From: Octopus bimaculoides
Taxonomy: Eukaryota
NCBI RefSeq assembly: GCF_001194135.2
Contig: NC_068982.1
Coordinates: forward strand, 166,617,138-166,681,137
DNA: 64,000 nucleotides
Direction: 5' to 3'
A model generated the notes under the pieces. That model was not told the origin of the DNA, ran no database searches, and was given only the letters and a program-made list of their open reading frames with translations. The position numbers and the translations under genes are program-made. Shown in pieces: positions 25,369-38,021 of the stretch (positions are counted from its first letter, which is position 1; every line of letters starts with the position of its first letter).

Positions 25369-27664
25369 TTAACCTTAACACTTCTACACATGCATCATCT
25401 TACATTCTGATCTATCATTCCCAGGCTATTTCTATCTCTCCACACTGATATTTCCCATCAGCCATACTTCCAACCATGTTCACCACTCACTGCATTCACC
25501 TTTAACCATCTGTTACTGTCCCCCTCACAATTTTATGAAAGTATTCACTCTTTCCTTTCCTTCCCTGATTCACTGTCTCAATCCTCTCTTATCTCACCTT
25601 CTTGTTACCTCAAGAGTTTTCTCTGGCACTCCATCACTTAACATTTTTTTATCTCCTTCTCATCTATTCCCATGCAGCCCTGTATAATGTGGGATAACTA
25701 TGTATCTCCTCTATAGTAAGACACCTATGCTTGACCCTCAGTCATACTTTAGCCTTTCAACAGCCGGCATAAAACGACCTTCTCCTCTCAAATACTTTCT
25801 CCTCCACTTAGTTGTGGGAGCTTTTTCTTTTTTTCTGTCTTGCAAGTTACTTGGCAACCTCACTAGTGCTGACGGCAAGAAAAGGCACTCAGTACACAAG
25901 TGGTTTGCATTAAGAAGAGCATCCAGATGTAGGAACCATGCCAAACCTGACACTGGAGCTTGACATGGCCCTGTGACTCACCAAATCCTGTCAAACCAGC
26001 TAATCTATGTCAGTATGGAAAAGAGATATTTAATTGGCAATGATGATGATGTGGTTAATTCTTATGTCGAAAACATTGGGAATTATCAAAGCTTTATATT
26101 ACATAAATATTCAATCAGTAACCCCTTATAATTAAATTATCAATTAATGCAAAACTGTTCCAGTTTCCAAAATTCTGAATTCTGTCAAAGGATCAGAAGC
26201 CTAGTAGGACATGTGAGGATCATGAGGCTAGATATTGATCCTTAGATGCAAAGAACCAAAGGAAAGTGATGGATTTCACAATTGTATTTATACAGAAGAA
26301 AGGAACTTCAGTTTAAAGATACATTAGTCCTTTATAAAAAAAAAGTTTAATATGTATTGAGCATATTTATATAACAGACAGGAAACATACATTACTTATT
26401 TATAAATGCTCTTTTATAACTAAATTACATCACTGAAACCAATAGCCACAAGGTTTTGGCATTATAAAATGTTATTAAGTATTATAAATATTAACTCCCA
26501 TCATTCAATCTTTGTCAAAAATGAAAATCAGTGATTAGGAAAATATTTGAAATGTCTAACATGTTAAGCACAAGAACACCAAAGCAGTAAGTAAAATTTT
26601 CTTTTTTTCTTTTGATAATAGGATTTTGTCAGCAAGAAATCAACTTCACATCTATTCGGATATTGCAAAAAAAAAATCCCACCCATTAGCTAATTTAAAC
26701 TCTCAGATAATATTATTTGGTAGGTTTCAAATTGTCAGAGTGTATTCTTTCATTTCTTTTATTGTTTTTTTCTTTTTTTTTTTGCAGTTACTTATTAACT
26801 TCTATTTATCTCACTATAATAATGGCTTAATGTTTAGACCATGAAGACAGTAAAATGTCAAATTACATTAGCAAAAATTATTTTATTTCCTCTGTTCAAA
26901 CAGCTTCATATAATGTGGTGCTTATAATAACTTGACATACATCAGGGATTAGAAATGCATAATACAAATGTACAGTAAAAATGTACGATAATGGCTAGTT
27001 AATATTGGTCAAAAAGTAGAATTAGATTCCAGCTGGGTTCAAATATACCACAAGAACCTAGTTTCCACATAGTTTCTTTTTTCAACTGACTACTTTTACT
27101 CAAGTAGTTTGGTAACAATTTCCTTCATGAACCTACATTTCCTGACCAGCAAAACTGAGTGTCTAAATACTAACAATGTCATATTTAATGAATCCCATTA
27201 AATATAATCATGCTTAAAAGAAGTATATTTGATATATATTAATAGCACTATCATCTCACCAAAGACAAGTCTTTAGAATAGTTTATGCCATGTTCTTGGC
27301 AATAACCGAGTGATTCTCTCAAGATCTTTGGTTTACCATAGTTTAGAACCTAAAATTGAAAATAACAGGTTCAATTTATCCTGAACACACATGCATCTTC
27401 CAAGGCTTCCTAACAATGACCATTCTGTTTTTAAAAATATTTTGACCACAACAATTTTGCCTTTTAAAAGCATTCCAAAAGTGACTATTGCATTTTTTTA
27501 ATGCATTCCAAACATGACTAACTTATCATTTTTAAAAAAGCATTGACACGACACCCCGGAGTTCCAAACGTGACATATCATGTTTCAAGCCAAAATCTCC
27601 CTTATCACAATTCATCTTTTTCTATCAATACACATTGCATAATGTAGTCCAGGGTACACAGTTC

Positions 27665-27922
27665 ATTCTTTTACTTTTTTACTTGTTTCAGTCATTTGAC
27701 TGCGGCCATGCTGGAGCACCGCCTTTAGTCGAGCAAATCAACGGTTGTCAAGCGATGTTAGGGGGACAAACACAGACACATACATATATACGACGGGCTT
27801 CTTTCAGTTTCCGTCTACCAAATCCACTCACAAGGCTTTGGTCGGCCCGAAGCTATAGTAGAAGACACTTGCCCAAGGTGCCACGCAGTGGGACTGAACC
27901 CGGGACCATGTGGTTGGTAAGC
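27665..27922 (-). mobile_element. tRNA-derived SINE (family B), CpG-intact, internally deleted copy
   Basis: Same family; retains CpGs lost in other copies. Confidence 0.8.
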
Positions 27923-29636
27923 GACACGAAGAAGACGGGTTAAAAAACAAAAACAAAAGCCAAAAAAAAATGATCGTGCTTGGAACGTTAGACGGTCATT
28001 AAAAAAAAGACTGGATGGCTAGTTTCGCAAAGGAACCAGATTCGTAAATTCCATTTTTTTTTTTTTTTTTTACTTCGGATTCTAAACTATCCTTTACCTT
28101 TTTAACTTGCAAAACACATGAACGCTTTGCGATCGAAGTGTTAATAAGACCAGGAATGTTCATTTGAAAACTATTAGTTAATCTAGATATCTCAATTACC
28201 GTATAAGTTTCTCAATTGATACAAACACACACACAGTAATGTTATTCCAACGAATCATCAGAAACAGGAGCTTTTTTTTACACGTAAAGGAGTGTTTATA
28301 AATCTAATGTAAGCAATGACAAGCAACGAAATTATATACATACATATGTGTGTGTGTGTATGTATATATACATATATACAGTAAAAGAGAATGAGGGAGA
28401 GGAGTAATTAAAATAAGATAAAATGTGTGGGTAATTATTTACATATATGTGTGCTGACCATTACAGCTAATAGGTTCTTTTCATTTATTTATTTATTTAT
28501 TTTGATCCAGACACAGAACAAGCAGGAGGTGACCAAAAACAAAAGTTTGTAATTAAGATATGAGCAAGCACATCAAGAATGAGAGGGCTGTCGTCGGTAA
28601 CTGTGTAAGCAAGCATGTATGAGTAATAATATATATGTGTGTGTGTGTGTGTGTGTACACATACCCACACATACAGAGTACACAGAGAGAGAGGGGGGAA
28701 GGGGGAGCAGCAGTAGCAGAAAAGTGAAAAAATATTTAGAAGAGTTCAACGAAAATAGTGGGCTACATTTACAACTCGAAAGGAAATGTCACAAAACACC
28801 ACTTGACAGATGCTGGAAGGTGTCTTCGTAAAGTAAACAGACTTATTTAGAAGGGGAGAAGACCAACCAAGAATGAGTATACGCGTGTATGTATGTGGTG
28901 GAGAGAGGTCAGCAGTCGATGGAACCAAGTTGATTACACATGAATCTATTAAATACAATACAGACTTTCAAATCTACACGCCTTGGCTGTGTTGACAACT
29001 ATATTTGAGTGACTCAAAGTTGCTGATATTACACAGAGAGAGAGAGAGAGAGATAGTTTGTTTTTTTTTTGTTTTTTTTTGTGAAATGTTTAGCTTAAAA
29101 TTAAAACAACTCGGTTCCCAAATATTTAAACACGGAACTGTTATACAAGTCGAAATATTTAACTGAAAAGTGTTCCTTTCAAAAAGGGAGGATTTTCTGA
29201 ATAACAAGCAATATTATTTATGAACTTTACAGTGTTATATTTTTCCATAAACATATACGTTGCACTAAATGTAACGAAAGAATACCATTAAAAACAATGC
29301 CAGTAAATATAAACATCACACGCTCGCGCGTGCATACACATTTATTTGCACACATACACAAATATACATACCCTTTCTACTACAGGCACATGGCCTGATA
29401 TCAGTTACATAATAATGCATAATAATAGTGACCTCTGGCTATGGTACAACAGTAAGTCTCCAGAAAAACCGAGTGCTACACATAATTAAGGTTGTTCGGC
29501 CTGCCATAAATAGCAACCAAATATGCTCGAACCACACCTGATGTGTTCAAGGAAAGATACATTGTGTAATGTAACACTAGATACAGGACGTCATAGCTGG
29601 AACGCCTTTCCTCATAGTCTGCTCCGTCGAACTGAC

Positions 29637-29682
29637 CTGAGGCGAAACAGCAACAAAACAGATGTACTACTTCAAGCAACAT
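29637..29682 (-). CDS. Candidate alternative first coding exon (MLLEVVHLFCCCFAS-G)
   Basis: ATG at 29682 followed by 15 codons + G and a CAG|GTCAGT donor; lies in CpG-rich unique sequence. Confidence 0.2.
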
Positions 29683-32600
29683 CTCAGCTCGGTTATTCCT
29701 TTATAACTTCAAGTTCGATGCTTGTGGGAAGGGATGGGAGGGGGGGTCGGCCTCTAAATAGAATCGATGTAAACACATACCAGTAATACATTGATTTTCA
29801 GCCGATCGATTAAAACACTCTATGGAAAAGAAAAAGTAGAGGGTGTTAAGAAAGCAATGTCAACTAACTGAGGTTCTAATTCTGGTGGGAACAGATTAAA
29901 TTCTGTCACATTTCTAAATGCGATGAAATCGTGGTTTCTGTGACTGTAAAATAGCAGATGAAGGAAAACTTTTGATTGCTAATTGTAGCCATTTCATTTC
30001 TTTAGCACCAGTAATACCATTGAGCAAGCATGGACGCCACACAATTTCATTTCTTCTTTTTTTTTTCCTTATAAACCCGAGACCTAATACTTATGTGGAA
30101 GATCGCTGTGATTTCCGAGTTAAATTTTCCAGCAGGCCGAATCAGTCGATCCTTTTTCAACTCCCAACCTTTGTTTATGTCGTTTGAGGCTCTTGAGAGA
30201 AGCAGAAGCATTGCTGCTCCCATTCCCTCTATCCCTCCAAATCACGGGGGATTATACTTTTTATTTATTTGTTTATTATGATTACAGCACACGTGTCTTT
30301 TACTTTGTGCATGTACACGCATGTTTAGTGCTTATGCATATATAGCATTTCAGGGGAAAGTCGGGGAGCAGTTAAAAAACCCCTACATATCAATTTCTAT
30401 ATATTTCCCCCCACCCTAAGTTCGGAGGGCATTCTGGGTGTGGTTGGCATGGAAAAGCGATACTAGTACTCCTTTCACTTTGTGTTTCTGCATTCTACTA
30501 ATTTTGTAATTCATGCTTGTTTAGCTATTTCTTTTCATTCAAGTCATGAACGTCTCTCAGTCTCATTTAACCTATCCAACTGAACCACAGCAAAATTTTT
30601 AAAATTCGTTTCAATGTAAGAAATCATACTAAACATATTCATAAATCAACAACTTTCAAATTACCCGTTTGATTGAGGGGTCGAGTATTTAAGAGGTTGT
30701 GACGTTTATGCCCCAAAAGAATTAACGACTCAATAACAGCTACGTTGTATTTCTATAACTCCTTAATCTTTTATACCGATTGAAGTCAATTTTGTATTGC
30801 ATCGTTCAGGGACCGATAAAATAAAGTATTAATCAATTATTAGGGCTGACCTAATCGACTGTTACTCTTCCTGCAAGAATGTGGCCTTTACTTCACTTTA
30901 CAATGTAAGTTCATATCCTATCGAGCTTGACAAAGTACCAGCTAGTACTGGAGTCGCCTTAAGGGGTTAATAGTGCTCTATCCCACACTTTGTGTGGTCT
31001 TATACCGCAGTTAATGACATTAACAATATTATGCATTGCATGGCAAATAAAGTGTGATAAACAAAGTTTAGTAATCATTCTGTTCGTCACACTATTTGTA
31101 TTTAAAGTTTTTCTGTATAGCAATGTTCTAGTATTATTTCTGTTTTCATCCTAAAGACTGACAAAAGGAAGTCTTGCCCTCACATTCTATCTAAGAATAT
31201 AAAGCCAATTTTTGTGAGAGGAATTATTTGCTCTGGGATAGACACCAGTATATATATTTATTGCTGTTCATTTTAACAACAATAAAATCTTGCATTCTTT
31301 CGATATGGATATTTTATCTGTCATTCTTACATATCGAAAAAATGCCTAAAATCTCATATTAGAAACATGAAAAAAAAATATTGCAGCTTCTAAAACAAAA
31401 ATAAGATTCCTCCAGACAGACCCTAAAAAAAATATTTGGCTGTAGGTCAGCTTTTATCGATAGACCTATAATCAAAAGTCATGTATTTTTCTTTTCTTTC
31501 CCTCTGGGAACACGTTATCCAATGTCACTCTCTTTTTAAGACGGATGGGTATGATTTGAGGGAGATTAGTCTGTTACATCTAACAGGTCAAGGGTTCCCT
31601 CGTTGGCTGAGATATTAAGGGAATGGCTAAGATGTCGTCATTGACGACGAAGACGATGATGTCAATGCTGGTAAATATATTAACTGACAACAAACTCTTA
31701 GTTGTTCCCATCTCAAGAGCGGATCTCTCTCCCTCTATCTATCTCCTACAGACTTGCGTCCCCATTTCGTCGACAGTCTACACTCACACTTTAACTCGAA
31801 ACAGTGTGCACACACACATACAGCGGAATTTCGATGTAAGCACACAACATAACCGGTTGTAACTTTTTTTTATGACAATTTCTTTGAATTTGTATGTTTT
31901 CGAACGATCATCGGCGAATATATATACAATATATATTCTTGTTCATGTGAATATACAATGTATATTTACGTAAAAGTTACACTCCTTAAAGCCACACATA
32001 CATACACACAGACATGCTTACGTATTTATGGGTATGTGCGTAAACTTTTGTATTTGTATGAATGTACAGATAAACTACACGCGCGTATGCGTATATAAGT
32101 ACGACTGTGTGTGTGATTGAGTGTAAAGTTTAATTTCATAATAATGATTAAATTATTGTGTATAGTGCTCAGGTGCACTACAACTCATCAAAGGTGCACG
32201 CACAGTACGTAGAATTATGTAGAAAAGTCAGGAAAGTGAGATCTGTCAAATACAGAATATCAGTTGCCCAAACATTGTTCTAAACGAATGTCTGTCGGAC
32301 AAACTTTTTTTATGGGTTAAAACTTTTGCAAAAACAAAAAAATCTTATTCTGGGTGATGTAAACAGAGTGAGCAAAAAGAATATAAGTGAAAATGCAAAA
32401 TAACTAATAAAAAATTAAGGAAAAAAAGACGAAGAGAGATGGACCGAGCATCCGTTACAATGGTGTATAAATAATTATTTTTTATTAGAGAGACACTGCA
32501 AGTAAGAGATGTCACCAAAAAAAGATAACCTATTTTGATAGTCTACACTTTTACTAAAAAAGCAAAACTGTTTTCATTTTGATTGACATCTAGTAAAAAG

Positions 32601-33557
32601 TAATAGCTATCACTCATGCAGTTAAATCAAGCACCCACTCTTCTTTTATTGGCACTTACTGGTACTGAATATTAATTTTTTTTTAAATGAGTATTGTATT
32701 CATACACGAAAAATGTCTTTTGTTACATTTGATCGCTTGCTGATAAGTACAAATTATTTGACTTAGTGTTTGGATTTGACATTGCAATTCAAATCATGTG
32801 GAAAATAAAGTGCATTAAATTAAAGCATTCAAACTTGTCTATTCGTTTTATCTAGAAGTATATAGCCAAAACTGGGAGGGGTTATAAAAGCAGAACTTGC
32901 CACAACACGCAGTGACATTACTTTAATTTCACTATGTTTTGACAGCAAAGATATTCACTGACGATTAATTATCCATACTAGGGAAAGTGTTTCATGGTTT
33001 TTCCAGTTAAGGGATGGGTGTTTCAACCAAGTTTTAAAAACCCAACAAAATTACGATTATTTTGAGTAGACAAGCACAGTGCTAATCTCTATGTGGAAAA
33101 AAAGTTAATGTGTGAGGGTCAGTTTTAAATACGAGAATTGAAAACAGTGTCATACACATTCAATCGGATAAGAAATCTTAGTTAAAGTTTTTCATATTCC
33201 TGATTAATGACATTAAACCTTTAAAACTGTTTGTCACTCATGAGAAGTTACAGAGATACGCTTTTAGTTATTAAAACCATACTGACTGTTGCATTCAAGC
33301 GTGTTTATCAGAACGTTAAAACGGTTTTTAAGTTCCGTAGGTCAAATGCAAACTATACTAAACTATTTTTATTTATCGACCCTCGTGAGATCAAACGTAA
33401 TTTCGACCCTGATGGAATTTGAACTCCGACTGAAAAGTTTTTGATGTCTTTTGTATGTTTACGATCAATGTGCTGGGAAACTACACGAGTACTTGCATAT
33501 CTACGCATGTATGTATGTATGTATGTATATATATATATATATGTATCGTACACTTAC

Positions 33558-33619
33558 CGACTCCATATTTTTCGTTGGCATTTGTAGCAGTCCACTTCGC
33601 CATGACTGATAATTATACA
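33558..33619 (-). CDS. Candidate first coding exon of an unidentified minus-strand gene (MAKWTATNANEKYGV-G)
   Basis: Acceptor tttttgcttgtgtttgaaag|, Kozak-like gtcATGG at 33603, strong G|GTAAGT donor at 33557, just downstream of the promoter. All three frames are open, so the frame is uncertain. Confidence 0.45.
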
Positions 33620-33819
33620 CTTTCAAACACAAGCAAAAATAGTAAATAAAATGAATTTCCGTTTTTTTTTTGGGGTTCCAAACAATTAAAACAACAACTG
33701 TAATAGAGGTAATACATGAGAAAGACAACCGGTCATCGGTTGACAGTAATTAGTGTTGTTGTTGTTATTATTACTATAAAACTTGCTGCTGGTGCGACAG
33801 TCGCGACACTGCGCCCAAA

Positions 33820-34040
33820 ACAGCGCCATCTTGATTCTGGTTATCACGTGACCTGACTTCAGGACCGAATGAAAGTGGGGGGAGGAGGGCAATTGACGGG
33901 TACAGCATCTACGACCACTACCAACAAAACTACAACCAGTATTGTTCTGACGTCACTTCCTCTAAAGCAAGCACATTATTACACGAGGAGGGATGTTACC
34001 ACGACAACCAGTGTAAATAAAAGCATCATAGTAACGACTT
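33820..34040. promoter_or_regulatory. Motif-dense, probably bidirectional promoter
   Basis: CpG-rich. YY1-like CGCCATCTT 33824-33832; E-box TCACGTGAC 33844-33852; overlapping CRE+ETS TGACGTCACTTCC 33948-33960; RFX X-box-like GTTACCACGACAAC 33995-34008 and half-site CATAGTAAC near 34027. Confidence 0.65.
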
Positions 34041-37000
34041 TTGTGTTTTGTTTAGAACTAATCAAATACTTATTTTTAAGGTATCACTTTGATAGCAATA
34101 TACATATTATGGACACTTATTCCTTTATTTCTTTCAAATTCAATAGACTTTGACGCAAACAAAACGTATTTGAGTGATTCACAACGTAGTTAAACGTGGA
34201 GTAGCAGATTAATATGTATCAATGTATAACTATTTAAATGAATTCTAACTTTTTTTAACCGTGAAATTAGTTACTAAAATAACTACGAACAAAAACAAAC
34301 AGGAAAATCTTCGTAATTAATATCGATATTTTTATGTTCATAACAAACTGGAGTTGCCTTTTTCTTCCCATCACTGCAGGGTGAATAAAGCTCTAGTATT
34401 GGGTAAAAGTTAAAGCAGTCTACTTTATCTCGATTCTTTTAGAGAATCTAAGGACGAAATCAGTAATATTATCAGGTTAGAACATCTGATATTTTGTCTT
34501 TATCCCATTTATATGATTAGTTTAAATGTTAGTGTGGAATTGACTGTCTTTTATAACTCCAGAGTCAGTAAAATAACACCGGTAATATACTAGGGTCCAT
34601 ATATTCAACAATACTTCTCCGCCACAAGCATCTTTGAGTCTAAGAAAAAAATCGATAATTTTATCAAAATATTTTTTGCTACTACAAGAAAGGTGAGTGC
34701 ACTTTTTTAGTACATTTTCTTTCCAAACATGTCAATATTTGAGAATCGGAGCTATGTCAGAAATATAGTAGACTCTCCAGACATTTAATTTAAACAGGTA
34801 CTATTGTGAGCCATTATCTTTACCACTTTGAAATCAAATACTTATATCTGGAAAGAAAAGAAAATGACACCAGCAATAGCAACAAAAGACTGAGAAACCA
34901 CTTCAGTATATCCTACTCTCCAATAATTCATGTGTCCAGGTTAATGGCAGGATTTGAGTTCAGCATTACAAGCTAAGGAAACACTAACCAATTAATTACA
35001 CAGTACAATTATACAATTATTCTTATAACTTCTTCCAATGCTTATCTACCTGTTGATGAATTATTGTCATTTACATACTCCACAAGCACAGTGAAGACTA
35101 TGCTTTGCTGATGGGGTCAGAATAAAACCAAAACAATTATTTCCTGTACTTTTGAAAAAATGGGGGTAATGATATTACTCATTGCCTTGTATAATGTTTT
35201 CCTTCTTAGACAATTATTTCTAGTTAACTTCCTAATGAATATATCCTGCATTATGTACATTAATATTAACTTAACTAGGACATTGACATGTAAGTGTATT
35301 TTCTCAGCATTATGCCACAACACAGATAGCAAGGTACAAACCACATAGTTTTTGATTGGTGAGCAGTTATCCTATTCACTTCATCAGCAACTTCTGTGTT
35401 TTTACTTCAATATATCATTTGTTGAGGTTCAAAATCATTATTACTGAAATACACTGTTTTTATGTTAGTCTCTTATACTTCTAGTTAATTCATCATCATC
35501 GTCGTCATTTAATGCCCATTTTCCACACTGGCATGGTTTGGATGGCTTGATAGGAATTGGTAAGGTCAGGGCCACACCAGGTTCCATAGTCTGTTTTGGC
35601 TTGGTTTCTACAGCTAGATGCCCTTCCTAAAGCCATCCACTGTATTGGGTGTTTTTTTATGTCACACCATCACCAGTGATCTCAAATTAATAACTATTTT
35701 TATTACTCAAATGATTTTGAATATCTTAAATGTAAGATCTTCATCAGATCTGTTGTGATATTTTAGAGTGGAACTTCATTTATTCACACCTATTACTAAA
35801 AAGCACAAGTAGCTGGAAAACTAGTTTGCACACTAGACTAAGCTGCAACTCTGATAACTCAAATAAGGGGTACGAGCCGGCAGCTCAAATAAATTTCAAA
35901 AAATGTAAACAATCACACTCATGTATCCCTATATCTCCCTTTCCGCAACTTCTACATCATGCACATCATTCTATTACTCTCTGTTCCATTCTCCTTCATG
36001 AATCACTCCTATATTTTCTACTTACCCCTCTACAAACTGGTATTTTCCATTACCTGCACCTCCGCACTTGTTTATCACTCACTACCTCAACAGCATCCAC
36101 TCTCTCATCTTCTCCTATGATCCAATGTCTATGTTCTCTCTTATATTCATCTTGTTCCTTCAGAGTTGTTCATTCTAATACTCTACCACTAACTTCCTCT
36201 TATCTCCTTCAGCCATGTATCTGTGTGTGTGTGTGGAGGTGCATGGTTAGTGATTAGGGTATTAAACTCGTGATCATAAGATTGTGGTTTTGATTCCTGG
36301 ACCAGGCGACGCGTTGTGTTCTTGAGCAAAACACTTCATTTTATGTTGTTCCAGTCCATTCAGTTGGCAAAAATGAGTAGTCCTGCGATGGATTGGCAGC
36401 TTGTCCAAGGAGGAATGTATGTACCACGGAAACCAGGAAACTGATCTTATGAGTTTATATGATTCTTTTATTTTTTCATATATATAATATGTGAAACTTT
36501 AAAAGTTTCCAATAACTTTTAATTGATTTGGTTGAGTAGCAATTAATTCTTAATTCATAAAAGTAAGCAAGATAGTGCCTGTAATCTTTTAAGACTTTTA
36601 AGTTGGAGAATGGAGAACACTGAGCTAGAGTGGCAGCAAATTAGTGTCATGGAAACAATCAGTTTGATGTTAACCATCTTTATCATCCTTGTATTTAAAA
36701 AGAAGAATTACAATGGAATCTTAACTATAAAATGCAGATTTTCTCTGTGTGTGTGTGTGTGTTTAAAATTCATACATTTACACAATTCCAAATTTCTTGT
36801 AGATCTATAAAGGAAAGCCTTTCTTTGCAGCAAAACAGAAATTTGTTCCCCACATTTCAGGACCAGAAAAAACTTCAAACCCAAGAAACTGCTACATCCT
36901 AGGCCACACCCTCAAACAGCCACCCAAATGATTGACATGAAGTTACTCACCAATACACTAATTTCTATCCCACAGATGTGCTGATTTGTCTCTTTGCTTT

Positions 37001-37293
37001 CCTAATGCTACTACAATGGTGCCTCCTCCTCAGAGTTAGCTGATCTCAAGTCACCTCTACTCAAACACTCCCAATTCATTCATCTCTCCTCTTGCTACTC
37101 ATATGGTGTCCACCTGCTACAGTCCTTGCACTAACAACTACACTCAGGCTTTCCTCTGAAGTGGGACAGTTCTCTGGAATTCCCTCCTTGTCTGCAGCTA
37201 TTGACTTGAAGCTGTTTCAAAGAGACATTGATTGCACCATCCACATTTGTCTAAGAAGACTTGTGACAGCCATAACATAATTCCTTTCTCCAG

Positions 37294-37435
37294 ATGAAAA
37301 TATAATAAATCTAAAAAAAAAATGTTTCAAGTGTGTGTTAACAGAAGAGGCGCAAGAAGGAATCAAAACTCCTAAGCCCTCCTTTGTGTTAAAATATTTA
37401 TTCCAAAGTGAAATGCACCTCAATATTATTAGCAA
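37294..37435 (+). CDS. Candidate 142-nt plus-strand exon (ENIINLKKKCFKCVLTEEAQEGIKTPKPSFVLKYLFQSEMHLNIIS)
   Basis: Acceptor attcctttctccag|, donor AGCAA|GTAAGC, and an open frame between them. No homology recognised. Confidence 0.25.
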
Positions 37436-38021
37436 GTAAGCAGAGAGACTTTAAAATTGCATAAATACATTAATGACATGCAATGTTCAGCCTGGAGCTT
37501 ATGCAAGAAAGAACAGCTGTTTAGATTGATGACAGCTGAAGTATGACAATGTTGCATAGAAGAAAGAAAACCAACACTAAAATATAAATATAGAATTAAG
37601 GCCACCTCAACACTGATGGAAGAGAGAAAATAGATTATTGTTAATATTTCAGCTTTAACGCTACCACATATGCAAATATTGAAAGATGATTCTTTTTTAT
37701 TTCTATACTTTTGTCATATTACAATGATTCATTACCCAAATTACAGCTCATCAAATAAACTTAAGTAAACACCAAGTGAAATCCCAAAATAAACTGCAGA
37801 ATCATACTTTAAAATGTTCTCCTTTAAATTATAATCAACTTCATGATAACAATAGAATAATGCCTTATGCCCCTATATTTTCATGAAAGATTGGAAATGA
37901 AAAGAACCTTCTATGATGGTGACATTCATTACAACTATCATGTGATGTCAAGATAAGGAAACACAAGCACAACATGACCAGCTTCTTTCAGTTTCCTTCT
38001 ACGAACACTACTCACAAAGCT

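Noticed and set aside
33686-33892. ORF containing MALFWAQCRDC... from the AAGATGGCG motif
   Set aside because: Runs into poly-Asn from (AAT)n, has no strong donor and no recognisable homology; treated as a YY1 site or uORF.
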